64,000 bases of DNA from an uncultured delta proteobacterium (GTDB taxonomy: Bacteria > Desulfobacterota > Binatia > Binatales > Binataceae): the NCBI GenBank assembly GCA_963842085.1, contig CAWJET010000002.1, positions 64,001 to 128,000 on the forward strand, read 5' to 3'. The position numbers and the translations under genes are program-made. Below the pieces are notes generated by a model, which had not been told where the DNA came from, did not search any database, and saw only the letters and a list, made by a program, of their open reading frames with translations. Shown here in pieces: positions 51,540 through 60,923 of this stretch. Within the stretch, counting starts at the first letter, position 1. Each line of letters opens with the position of its first letter.

Positions 51540-51555
51540 TGGCATCTTTGATGCT
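51540..51555 (+). promoter_or_regulatory. Possible sigma-54 promoter TGGCAT-CTTTG-ATGCT
   Basis: GG-N10-GC spacing, ending 28 nt before ATG 51583. Confidence 0.5.
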
Positions 51556-51582
51556 CTACCTGTTGGGTAGAGGTGACTGACA

Positions 51583-52122
51583 ATGAAACTCAGAACGAAT
51601 CTAATGACGGGGTTGATTGGGCTTGCGATGCTTGCGGCGCCGATCACAGCCGCTGCCAAAGATAATGATAGCGGCAATATCAGCTCGCATCAGGCGCAGG
51701 TGGAATCGGCTGCAAAGGAATCGCGCTCCAATGTTTCGGTGCGCAATGCCGCGCCGGCGACTCGTAAAGAGTCCCGCGATCAGCGCGATGCCCGGAGCTT
51801 TAATACGGGGCCGGTAGTTACGGAGCATCGTGACGTGCGGACCGATCGCGACCACGACGGCGATCGATGGAAGCATGACGGATCGCGCGACTACCGGAAC
51901 TATGGCGATCGTGACTACAACGGTCCTTACGCCGTTGAGGCTCCTTACTATGTGATGCCGCGCGGGTATGTTGGCGGCGCGTGCGGCTGGGCACGGCATC
52001 TGCGTACCGTTTACGAGCAAGACCGCAACACCGGGCATCCGGCGGCCGCGGCCGACCTGCTGCCGCAACTGCGTAAGGCGGAGCGAGACTGCGGTGGAGT
52101 CCCTTACAGCTACTTTCGCTAG
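51583..52122 (+). CDS. Secreted hypothetical protein
   Basis: Signal peptide ending in AAA; GAGG RBS. Confidence 0.75.
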   Translation: MKLRTNLMTGLIGLAMLAAPITAAAKDNDSGNISSHQAQVESAAKESRSNVSVRNAAPATRKESRDQRDARSFNTGPVVTEHRDVRTDRDHDGDRWKHDGSRDYRNYGDRDYNGPYAVEAPYYVMPRGYVGGACGWARHLRTVYEQDRNTGHPAAAADLLPQLRKAERDCGGVPYSYFR

Positions 52123-52299
52123 AGCTCGCGATTCCTGTTGGTCCTGACGACCGAGCGCGCGCCCCGTCTCCTCCCGGCGGGGCGCGCGCACCTCGATCGT
52201 AGTCAAACTGCGGTGGGTTTCACGCTGCACCCGATGGTAGTAGGAGGATGCGGGACTTCACTGGGAGTTTGTGAGCGAATTGAACAATGGCAGAAGCGG

Positions 52300-52404
52300 A
52301 GCGCGCGCAGCTGCGCGAACCAGGAGACCGGAACCGGCTTCGCGTGGCGCGAAGCTGTCCGAGGTCCCTCCTCCCGTCGCTAAGGCTCCCGTTGTCGGGA
52401 TGAC
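52300..52404 (-). repeat. Repeat family C copy
   Basis: Reverse complement of the element at 33181-33290. Confidence 0.8.
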
Positions 52405-52651
52405 AAGCCGTGGCGCGTCGGTCGCTTGGTAAGAGCGATGACTTGGAGCCGGCGCTCCGATAACGAACCAATTTCCTCACAAACTCTGGGGCACGGGATC
52501 GGACGAAAGTGTGCTTTGCGGAACTTCGGTGGCGTTCAAGGCGACGCCACTTGGAGCTATGCTCGGCTTGACAAGTAGTTAACACGCAACCTGACTACGC
52601 CTTCCGTGTAGGCTCCACACAGTCGCACACATTCGGAAGTCGCACCTCCAG

Positions 52652-55609
52652 GTGGGCGAAGGAGGGCGCGTGCGCCCGGGTCCCAGGACTGGCTGGATCG
52701 TATTGCTGGCGCTGATGGCGGCCGCGCTGGCGCAGACGGCGGTGCGTGGGATTTTGCGCGCGGGAGTCGGCGCGCTCAGCGCCGACCGCGTGCTCGGGCG
52801 GGCCGACTTTATCAAGAACGCGGTGAACTATGTTGACCCGATCGGAATGAATGTGCCGGCCGGCGTCGCGATCGACCGGACTGCCGGCCACGTGCTGGTC
52901 GCGGACTCGCAGAACAATCGGGTGCTGGGCTGGAAGAGCGAGTCGGCGTTTGCATCGGGCGGCGCGGCGGACCTGGTGATCGGGCAGCCGGATTTCAATT
53001 CATCGGGATGCAATCAGAATGCGGCGGCGCCGGACGCGACGCGGCTGTGCCAGCCGATCGGAGTGGCGGTTGACGGGGCGCATCGCGTGTACGTCGGCGA
53101 TGCGCAAAACAACCGGGTGCTGGTGTTTGAAGATCCGTTCGCGGCGCTTGTCGCCAACGATCAGACCAGCGACTTCGCGGCCGACGTGGTATTCGGGCAG
53201 GCTGGGAGCTTCGTCACGAACACGGCCAATGAGAGCGGGCTGAGCGCCGACAGTCTGAACAGTCCGCAGGGGGTGGCGGTCGATGCGAACGGCAACCTGT
53301 TCGTGGCCGACGTGAATAACAATCGCGCGCTGGTCTTTTTCTCCCCGATTCTGATGACGATGATTAAGGGGCCGCCCGGGAATTTCGGCGACGCGACGGC
53401 GGACGTGGCGGTTGGACAGCCGGACCTGGTCAGCGGAGCCTGCAACCAGGGGGGAAGCGCGACGCTCGCGAGCTTGTGCATGGCGCCGTTTTACGGGGTC
53501 GGGATAGCGGTCGATGGCGGCGACAATCTTTATGTCGCCGATACGAAGAACAATCGGGCGCTCGAGTACAACGGTCCGTTCGGCTACGGGCAGACCAACA
53601 ATGTCACGGCCGACCTGGTATTCGAGGGCAACAACCTGGCGCTGCCGTCGGGGGTCGCGGCCGACTCGAACGAGAACTTTTACGTTTCATCGGAGCAGCA
53701 CAACCAGGTGTACGAGTACACGCAGCCGGTTCCGCTGATGAGGTCGGACCTGCTCAACCTGATGATCGGGCCCGGGGCGCAGAATCCGAACGCCGCGTCG
53801 CTGCAATTCCCGATGGGCCTCGCGATCGACGCGGTCAACAATCTCTACGTTGCCGACCAGGCGAACAATCGCGTGCTCGAGTTCAACGAGGGCAGCTCGC
53901 CGAGCAACAAGGTGGCTAACGGCGCGGGCGGACAAATCGATCGGGCGCACAACGGGCCAAACCTGGTCGACGCGATCGGCGAGCGCACGGCGGGCGGAAT
54001 CGCGGTGGACGCGACGTCGCAGCCGCCGCATCGCCATCTGTATGTGGCCGACACCATCAACAATCGCGTGCTCGGATGGAATGACGTGTCGTCGTCGGTG
54101 GCGGCGCAGCCGGCGAATATCGTCTTTGGACAGCCCGACCTCTTTTCGTACAAGTGCAACAACGGCGTCGCGGGCGGCGACGTCGGCGGGCTCGGGGCGG
54201 ACAGCCTGTGCGGTCCGGCGCGGATGGCGGTCGATCAGAACGGAAATCTGTATGTGGCGGACGCGGGCAACAATCGCGTGCTGGTGTACAACACGCCGTT
54301 CAACGCGGGCAGCGGCGAGCCGGGCGCGGGCGACACGTCGGCGGATTTCGTTTACGGACAGGGGGGAGCGTTCACGACGCGGAGCTGCAATCCGGGCGGC
54401 GCGAGTGCGACGAGCTTGTGCAATCCGGCGGCGGTGGCGTTCGACAGCGCGGGCAACATCTATATAGCCGACGCGGGGAACAACCGCGTGCTCGAGTTCG
54501 CCAAGGCGGGCAATCCGCCGGTGGCGTCGGATGCGATCGCCAGTCGAGCATACGGGCAGGGGGCGGTCGCGGATTTCTCGGACACGCTATGCGCCGACGG
54601 CGTTGGCGGGGATCCGGCGCCGAGCGAGCACGGGATGTGCAATCCGGGCGGGGTCGCGCTTGACGGGTCGGGGAACCTGCTGGTGGCGGACTCGGGCAAC
54701 GACCGGGTGCTCGAAATCGACGCGCCGCTTTCGGGCACGCAGGATGCGACGCGGGTCTTCGGCCAGGGCGGCGACTTCGCGGCGTCGGGATGCAATCGGG
54801 GCGCGACGGCGCCGGGCGCGTCAACCTTATGCGCACCGGCGGGCCTGATGCTCGACGTGCTCGGCAACCTGTGGGTGGCCGACGCGAACAACGATCGCGT
54901 GCTCGAGTACCAAGCGCCGTTCGATTCGGACACTGCCGCGGCGAAGGCGATAGGCCAGGGCGACGGGGACAGTTTCACGACCTCGGGATGCAATCGGGGA
55001 ATCGCACCGGGCGACTTGTACGGACTTGGCGCGGACAGCTTGTGCGCGCCGTCGGCGGTCGCGGTCGATTCGAATATCGACCTGTACGTGGCGGACACGG
55101 GCAACAACCGCTCGATGGTCTACGACGGAATAGTCGCGACGCCCACGCCCACGGCGACGCCGACCGCGTCGGCTACCGGTACGCCTTCGCCGACCGCAAC
55201 TGCGACAACGACCGCGACCGCATCGGCGACGGCGACTGCGTCGGCGACCGCAACCGCGACGACGACTGCGACGCCGTCCCCCACGCCGACGCCGGCGCCG
55301 GGCGGCAAACTGAAGCTGAGTCCGAAGTCGATCAAGTTCGGCAAGGTCGCGGTCGGAAGCCATTCAACCTCACGCGCGATCCAGATCAGTAACGCCGGGA
55401 CGGCGACGCTGGTGGCCGCGGTACCGACGCAGGGCGCGCCGTTCGTGGTGAACGGAGGAGAATTCACGGTCAGTCCACATGGCTCGACGGCGGTGACGAT
55501 TGAGTTTTCGCCGACCGCGAAGGGGAAGGCGCACGAGGTGCTCGAAATAACCAGCAGCGACCCGAAGCATCGAACGGTGACGGTGAAGGTCAGCGGCACG
55601 GGCATGTGA
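52652..55609 (+). CDS. Secreted NHL-repeat beta-propeller protein with Pro/Thr linker and C-terminal Ig-like domain
   Basis: Many P.GVAVD..GNLYVAD..NNRVL repeats; TPTATATAT linker; LSPKSIKFGKV..ISNAG..F.PT. Confidence 0.9.
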   Translation: MGEGGRVRPGPRTGWIVLLALMAAALAQTAVRGILRAGVGALSADRVLGRADFIKNAVNYVDPIGMNVPAGVAIDRTAGHVLVADSQNNRVLGWKSESAFASGGAADLVIGQPDFNSSGCNQNAAAPDATRLCQPIGVAVDGAHRVYVGDAQNNRVLVFEDPFAALVANDQTSDFAADVVFGQAGSFVTNTANESGLSADSLNSPQGVAVDANGNLFVADVNNNRALVFFSPILMTMIKGPPGNFGDATADVAVGQPDLVSGACNQGGSATLASLCMAPFYGVGIAVDGGDNLYVADTKNNRALEYNGPFGYGQTNNVTADLVFEGNNLALPSGVAADSNENFYVSSEQHNQVYEYTQPVPLMRSDLLNLMIGPGAQNPNAASLQFPMGLAIDAVNNLYVADQANNRVLEFNEGSSPSNKVANGAGGQIDRAHNGPNLVDAIGERTAGGIAVDATSQPPHRHLYVADTINNRVLGWNDVSSSVAAQPANIVFGQPDLFSYKCNNGVAGGDVGGLGADSLCGPARMAVDQNGNLYVADAGNNRVLVYNTPFNAGSGEPGAGDTSADFVYGQGGAFTTRSCNPGGASATSLCNPAAVAFDSAGNIYIADAGNNRVLEFAKAGNPPVASDAIASRAYGQGAVADFSDTLCADGVGGDPAPSEHGMCNPGGVALDGSGNLLVADSGNDRVLEIDAPLSGTQDATRVFGQGGDFAASGCNRGATAPGASTLCAPAGLMLDVLGNLWVADANNDRVLEYQAPFDSDTAAAKAIGQGDGDSFTTSGCNRGIAPGDLYGLGADSLCAPSAVAVDSNIDLYVADTGNNRSMVYDGIVATPTPTATPTASATGTPSPTATATTTATASATATASATATATTTATPSPTPTPAPGGKLKLSPKSIKFGKVAVGSHSTSRAIQISNAGTATLVAAVPTQGAPFVVNGGEFTVSPHGSTAVTIEFSPTAKGKAHEVLEITSSDPKHRTVTVKVSGTGM

Positions 55610-55622
55610 GTGAGGAGGGAAG

Positions 55623-55721
55623 GGAAACTTAATCTAAGGTGAAACCTGCCCGGGTTTCACGCTTCCTAGGGCAGGAGTGACCCCTGCACCCGATACTATG
55701 GCGGCTTCGCCCTGTTAGAAG
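55623..55721 (+). repeat. Repeat family B copy
   Basis: GGAAACTTAATCTAAGGTGAAACC..GGTTTCACGCTTCC..GGCAGGAGTGACCCCTGCACCC..GCTTCGCCCTG. Confidence 0.8.
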
Positions 55722-55885
55722 CCTTCATGAGGAAGGTGTTTGCTATCCGGAGAATCCCTTCCACGATGGCACGCCAGATGCTCCCCCTTCGCCTTGTGAA
55801 GGTAAGACAACGCGCGCGATCAAGCGGCGGGTCGTCGGACTCGCCGCTTTCATTTTGGCGATTAGCTAGTCGGGATTGACTATCT

Positions 55886-56692
55886 TCAGATTACTATTCC
55901 GCGATGGGGCCGCACCGAGAGTGAGTATCTGCCGCGCGCGCGCGTGAGCCGCACCGGCGCCGCGAACGCGCTCGACAGCGTCGCGGAAGTGAGCACGCGC
56001 GCGCGCGGTCCGGCGGCGAGCACGCGGCCCGCCTTGAGCACCAGCACGTGCGAGAAGATCGCGACGATCTCTTCGACGTGATGGGTGACCAGCACCATCG
56101 TCGGCGCGCCACGGGCGCGCGCGAGGCGGCCGAGGAACTGCAGAAAATGCTCGCGGGCGACGGGGTCGAGACCGGCGCACGGCTCGTCGAGGATCATGAG
56201 CCGCGGCGAGGCCATCAGCGCCCGCCCGATGAGCACGCGCTGGCGCTCGCCCTGGGACAGAAATCGCCACGGACGATCGCGCAGCGCGCGGGCCTCGATC
56301 CGGCGCAGGATTGCGCCGGCGGCGCGCAGTTCGTCGGGGCGCATCGCGCCCCAGTAGCCGATCCGTGCGGAGCGTCCGCTGATGATGGCTTTGAGAGCCG
56401 TCTCGCTGTCTTCCATCATCTGGTGCACGCTCGAGCTGACCAGCCCGATCCGCGTCCTCAGATCGCGCCAGTCAAAGCGTCCGTAGGTCTCGCCGAGCAC
56501 CCGAATTTCGCCGGCGGTGGGCGGCAGGTAGCCGGTCAGCGCGCGTAGCAGCGAGGTCTTGCCCGAGCCGTTGGCGCCGAGAATCGCCCAATGCTCGCCG
56601 CGTTCGACGCGCCAATCGATCGATTCGAGGATGACGGCCTCGCGCTCGACCCGCAGCGCGCTCACCTCGATCACAGGTGAAACGGATTTCAT
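55886..56692 (-). CDS. ABC transporter ATP-binding protein (ModF/YlmA-like)
   Basis: GANGSGKT, LSQGE, ILDEP and VTHH motifs. Confidence 0.9.
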   Translation of the reverse strand: MKSVSPVIEVSALRVEREAVILESIDWRVERGEHWAILGANGSGKTSLLRALTGYLPPTAGEIRVLGETYGRFDWRDLRTRIGLVSSSVHQMMEDSETALKAIISGRSARIGYWGAMRPDELRAAGAILRRIEARALRDRPWRFLSQGERQRVLIGRALMASPRLMILDEPCAGLDPVAREHFLQFLGRLARARGAPTMVLVTHHVEEIVAIFSHVLVLKAGRVLAAGPRARVLTSATLSSAFAAPVRLTRARGRYSLSVRPHRGIVI

Positions 56693-56758
56693 GGTGCGGC
56701 AATTTCTAACAGGCCGGCGCGGGTGAATGCGAGGCGGGTGATTGGCAGGAAAGTTCAG

Positions 56759-56775
56759 GGCTGAACTGTTCAGCC
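56759..56775. promoter_or_regulatory. Palindrome GGCTGAAC-T-GTTCAGCC, candidate late-promoter activator site
   Basis: Perfect 8-bp inverted repeat about 40 nt upstream of the head protease gene. Confidence 0.5.
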
Positions 56776-56812
56776 TTATGCAAATTCGAAACGCGATGCA
56801 CAATGCGCCTCG

Positions 56813-57943
56813 ATGGACAACCTCACTACACGCACCGGCGGTGAAAACGAAATGGGGGCGGGCAAACTGATTCCTTCGTTCGTGATCGATACCGCCGGTG
56901 CGCCCGCCTCTGCGCCAGCAGCGGGAGATGGAGCGGCGGCGGCGCCGGAATGGATCGAGCTGCTGCCGGCGGGGGTGTTCTACGGCCGCGACGGGCGCGG
57001 GCCGTTTCGGCTCGACGATCCGGCGGCGGTGATCGAGTCGACGATCGCGATGCAGATGAACGCGGGCATCCCGATCGACTACGACCATGCCACCGATTTC
57101 GGCGCGCCCGAAGGACGGCCCGCTCCGGCGGCGGGATGGATCCGCGAACTCGAAGTGCGCGGCGGCGCGGTGTGGGGGCGGGTGGAATGGACGGCGCGCG
57201 CGGCCGATTCGATTGTGGCGCGCGAGTACCGCTACGTCTCGCCCGTGTTCCAGTTCGATCCGAAGGACGGCAGTGTGACCCGGCTGTTGCGCGCCGGCCT
57301 CACCAACAATCCAAACCTTCACCTGACCGCGATTGCGGCGTCGCGTACGGCGGCCGCCGAAACGAGGGACGAACGCATGGAATTCCCAACTCAAGAGTTG
57401 CGCGAACTGCTGAATCTTGACGCCGACGCGACGGCGGCGGAGGTGGTCGCAAGAGTGCGCGAACTGCGGGCGGCAAAAGACGCGACCGGCGCGCATGCGC
57501 ACGACCCGGCACGTTACGTGGCGATCGGCGAGTTCGAGCGGGCGCTCACCGAGCTCAATGCGCTCAAGGCCGAGCGCGCACGCGAGCGCGCGGCGCATAC
57601 GGTGGAAGAGGCGATTCGCGCGGGCAAAATCGTGCCGGCGCAGCGCGAGTGGGCGATCGCGTACTGCGTAGCGGACGCGCGCGGCTTCCAGGCGTTCGCG
57701 GCCAAGCAGCCGTCGATCGTCGGCGGGGACCTGGGGCTGGCGGGAGAGCCGCCGGCGGACAGGCGAGCGGGCGGCGGGCTTAACGCGGCGGAGCTCGCGA
57801 TCTGCGCGCAGCTCGGCCTCAAGCATTCGGAGTTCATCCGGCGCAAGCGCGGACGCGCGGACTTCCTGAGTCTCGAACGCGCCGACGCCGAGCTCAGAAA
57901 CGCGGAAATCCGCAACGCTGATTTTCGAAACAACCAGGACTAA
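56813..57943 (+). CDS. Mu-like prohead protease/scaffold (gpI)
   Basis: WIELLPAG, IDYDH, APAAGW, EYRYVSPVF and LTNNPNL motifs. Confidence 0.92.
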   Translation: MDNLTTRTGGENEMGAGKLIPSFVIDTAGAPASAPAAGDGAAAAPEWIELLPAGVFYGRDGRGPFRLDDPAAVIESTIAMQMNAGIPIDYDHATDFGAPEGRPAPAAGWIRELEVRGGAVWGRVEWTARAADSIVAREYRYVSPVFQFDPKDGSVTRLLRAGLTNNPNLHLTAIAASRTAAAETRDERMEFPTQELRELLNLDADATAAEVVARVRELRAAKDATGAHAHDPARYVAIGEFERALTELNALKAERARERAAHTVEEAIRAGKIVPAQREWAIAYCVADARGFQAFAAKQPSIVGGDLGLAGEPPADRRAGGGLNAAELAICAQLGLKHSEFIRRKRGRADFLSLERADAELRNAEIRNADFRNNQD

Positions 57944-57982
57944 CTCGCGCCTCACGCGGCGCGCATCAACAAGGGTGAAAAG

Positions 57983-58465
57983 ATGGCGGCTCTAACCAAT
58001 GCGCGAAACACGCCCGAGATGGCCGATGGCGGCAGGATGCGGGTCTACCCGGTCGAAGCGAACACCAACGTTTACCTGGGCGGGATGGTCGCGCTGAACG
58101 CGGCGGGCAACGCGGTGCCGGCGTCGGCGACGACGACGGTCGCGAATGCACTCAAGGTCGTGGGGCGCGCCGAATACGTGAGCAACGGAATCCCGGGGCA
58201 GAACGCGATCAACAACCCCGGCGCCGCGGGCGCGATTTCGATCACGGCGCGCAAGGGAGTCTTCCTCTATGCGACGGACGGATCGGTTGGTGCGGCGCAG
58301 GTCGGACTCGTGTGCTTTGCGCTCGACGACAACAACGTCACGGCAGCCGACCGTGCAAGCGGGGCGGGGGTGCAGCAATACGCGGCGGCCGGGACGGTGG
58401 TGGCGATCGATCCGAGCGGGCAGGTGTGGGTGGATTTCTGGCATCAGTCGGCGGCCGCAGCGTGA
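57983..58465 (+). CDS. Phage head decoration/cement-like protein
   Basis: MAALT..RNT, located between the protease and capsid genes as in Mu-like phages. Confidence 0.7.
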   Translation: MAALTNARNTPEMADGGRMRVYPVEANTNVYLGGMVALNAAGNAVPASATTTVANALKVVGRAEYVSNGIPGQNAINNPGAAGAISITARKGVFLYATDGSVGAAQVGLVCFALDDNNVTAADRASGAGVQQYAAAGTVVAIDPSGQVWVDFWHQSAAAA

Positions 58466-58505
58466 CGATGACGCTCAGCAAAAAATGAAGACGAGGAAGA
58501 ATTAG

Positions 58506-59450
58506 ATGGAAATCAGCGCAGCGAATCTGACCGCATTGTTCACCGGCTTCGACGTCGTCTTCCAGCGCGGGTTCGAGAAGCCGCCGTCATATTACGAGCA
58601 GATCACCAGCGTGGTGCGTTCGGCGTCGCGCCAGACCACCTATCCGTGGCTTGGACGCACTACCAAGTTTCGCGAGTGGCTGGGCGACAGAGTAATCCAG
58701 GCGCTCGAGACGCATGAATACACAATAGTCAATCGGAACTTCGAGGATACGGTCGCGATCGATCGCAACGATATCGAGGACGACACCTATGGCGCTTACG
58801 AGCCGATCATCGAGCAGCTCGGGTGGGACACGAAGGTGCATCCGGACATGCTGTTGTTCGCGATGATCAAGGACGCGGTGGCGAATCCGAGCGACGTCGT
58901 CGGCTTCGACGGGGTGCCATTTTTTTCGGCGAGTCATCCGGTCGGTCCGACGGGCCAGGCCGGGACCACGGCGGCGAACATCAACTCGAGCGGATCGGGT
59001 GCGTACTGGTACCTGATCGATGCGTCGCGGGTGATTCGTCCGTTCATCTTTCAGCTCCGGCGCGAATACGCGGTGACGCGAATGACTAATGTCGCGGACG
59101 AGGCGGTGTTCAACCGGCGCGAGTTTCGCTACGGGGTGGACGGGCGGGCGAACACCGGGGTCGGGCTGTGGCAGTTGGCCTATGCCAGCAACACAGACCT
59201 GAGCAATCCGACCAACTACGGAGCGGCGCGCGCAGCGATGCGAGCGTTCAAAACCGATGCGGGACAGCCGTTTGGCGCGTTGTCGAGCCGCAGCGGCGTG
59301 TACCTGCTGGTGCCGCCGACGCTCGAAGAGGTTGCGCGTCAACTGCTGAACTCCGAGTTCATGGCCGGCGCCGGGGCGAGTGCGAATGTGGCGACTTCGA
59401 ACATCTGGCGCAACAGCGCCGACCTCATCGTCAGTGAGTTCCTGGCGTAA
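58506..59450 (+). CDS. Mu-like major capsid protein gpT
   Basis: YPWLG...REWLGDR, IEDD, FDG.PFF..HP, PFIFQ.R and YGVDGR.N.G.G.WQ motifs. Confidence 0.93.
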   Translation: MEISAANLTALFTGFDVVFQRGFEKPPSYYEQITSVVRSASRQTTYPWLGRTTKFREWLGDRVIQALETHEYTIVNRNFEDTVAIDRNDIEDDTYGAYEPIIEQLGWDTKVHPDMLLFAMIKDAVANPSDVVGFDGVPFFSASHPVGPTGQAGTTAANINSSGSGAYWYLIDASRVIRPFIFQLRREYAVTRMTNVADEAVFNRREFRYGVDGRANTGVGLWQLAYASNTDLSNPTNYGAARAAMRAFKTDAGQPFGALSSRSGVYLLVPPTLEEVARQLLNSEFMAGAGASANVATSNIWRNSADLIVSEFLA

Positions 59451-59618
59451 GGACGGGGCGATGAAACCAGTTTTCCTGGGCCGGCGTATCGCGGGTTCCC
59501 CTCCTGCCCGCGGCGCTGGAATGCGCGGCCACTCTCCGCGGGCGCAGGCCAGTTGCCTGACGCCCGCGAAGAGACCTATCGGGGGAATAGTTACTTCGGA
59601 TGCAATGAGGTTACGACA

Positions 59619-60056
59619 GTGAGTTACGCGACCGCGCAAGACGTGATCAATCGATATCCCAATCGAGACCTGGTCCAACTGACTAATGAAGATCCGACGG
59701 CGACCACGGTAAATGACGCGCCGATCACGCAGGCCCTGGCCGACGCTTCCGCGGAAATCGATGGCTATATCGAAGGACGCTTCGCGCTGCCGCTGACTGA
59801 TCCGCCGGCAATTCTAAACCGTCTCACGACAGATATCGCGATGTACCGGCTGCAATCGCTGCGGCCGCTGCACGACCTCGCGGACGCGCGCAAACGTTAT
59901 GAAGACGCGGTCGCGATGCTGACGAAGGTCGCGGCGGGCGAGCTGACGCTCGGACTGTCGGCAGACGGACAGGAACCGCCGGTGGCAGCAGCGGCGGTGG
60001 AAACAGTGCCGGGGTCGGAGCGTGTTTTCAACCGCGGGAATTTGAAGGGCTACTGA
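59619..60056 (+). CDS. Mu gp36-like (DUF1320) head-tail protein
   Basis: YAT..D, ALADASAEIDGY and DIAMYRL motifs. Confidence 0.85.
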   Translation: MSYATAQDVINRYPNRDLVQLTNEDPTATTVNDAPITQALADASAEIDGYIEGRFALPLTDPPAILNRLTTDIAMYRLQSLRPLHDLADARKRYEDAVAMLTKVAAGELTLGLSADGQEPPVAAAAVETVPGSERVFNRGNLKGY

Positions 60057-60057
60057 G

Positions 60058-60879
60058 ATGGGTGCCATGCTCGACGCGCCATGGAACGGCGCGGTGTTCA
60101 CGCCCCCAACGGCGATCGATATCGCGACGATCGAAGACGCAATCGTCAGCCAGCTACAATCGCAAATCAACTCGATCGAAATCGCGCACTATCCGGATCG
60201 GCCCGAGAGCTGGCGCCTGACGCATCGCGTAGGCGCGGCGCTGGTAATGTACAAGGGCGCGCAATACGGCGAGCTGCTCGACACCGCGGCGATAATCCAG
60301 GAACGCAAACTCGAGTTCGAGATAGCGATAATTATGCGCGACCTGGGGTGGGCGGTCGGCGGCGACCCGTCGGGGCCGAGTCCCGGGGCGTACGCAATCA
60401 TTGAAGGCGTTCGCGCAGCGCTGACCGGGTATCTGATTCCGGGTTGCCGCAAGATGTACCCGGTGCGCGAGAAGTTCGTAAAGCGCGACAAGCAGGGGGG
60501 CGTGTGGACCTACGCGTCGACGTTTGCGCTGAGCACGATGGCAGTCGAAGCCTCGCAGCCGAACGACTACCCGCTCTTCATCAAGGGCGTGGCGCTGGAA
60601 GAAGGCGCACAGACTTCAATCACGGTCGGCGCGGCGGCGTACACATTCGGCTCCAACCTGCAGGTCCAGCTTCCGCAGGGCAACGTGTTTGCGGTGAGCG
60701 TGACGGGTCCCGGTGGAGCAGCGCTGATCGAGGGCACGGACTTTTCGGTCGATCGCGCGAACGGAATCATCGCGGCAATACAAGGCGGTGCAATAACCGC
60801 CGGCGAAACCGTGCAGATTGCATACGCATACGCCGAAGAGGCTATTGCGACAGCGGGCCAGAGCGAGCCGACTAACTAA
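60058..60879 (+). CDS. Gp37-like tail completion protein
   Basis: HRVGAALVMY.G and VRAALTGY; position in the operon. Confidence 0.7.
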   Translation: MGAMLDAPWNGAVFTPPTAIDIATIEDAIVSQLQSQINSIEIAHYPDRPESWRLTHRVGAALVMYKGAQYGELLDTAAIIQERKLEFEIAIIMRDLGWAVGGDPSGPSPGAYAIIEGVRAALTGYLIPGCRKMYPVREKFVKRDKQGGVWTYASTFALSTMAVEASQPNDYPLFIKGVALEEGAQTSITVGAAAYTFGSNLQVQLPQGNVFAVSVTGPGGAALIEGTDFSVDRANGIIAAIQGGAITAGETVQIAYAYAEEAIATAGQSEPTN

Positions 60880-60923
60880 TGCGGTTGAATAGTAATTCGA
60901 ATCAACTGAGTAACAGGTGATAC

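Noticed and set aside
55137-55300. ACG/GCG tandem-like repeats
   Set aside because: Ordinary Pro/Thr/Ala linker coding sequence.
30426-55721. Repeats interpreted as a CRISPR array
   Set aside because: Copies are kilobases apart with no regular spacers, and no cas genes are present.
56693-57955. N-terminal extension of the 689-aa minus-strand ORF
   Set aside because: Antisense shadow of the phage protease; the ATPase starts at 56692.
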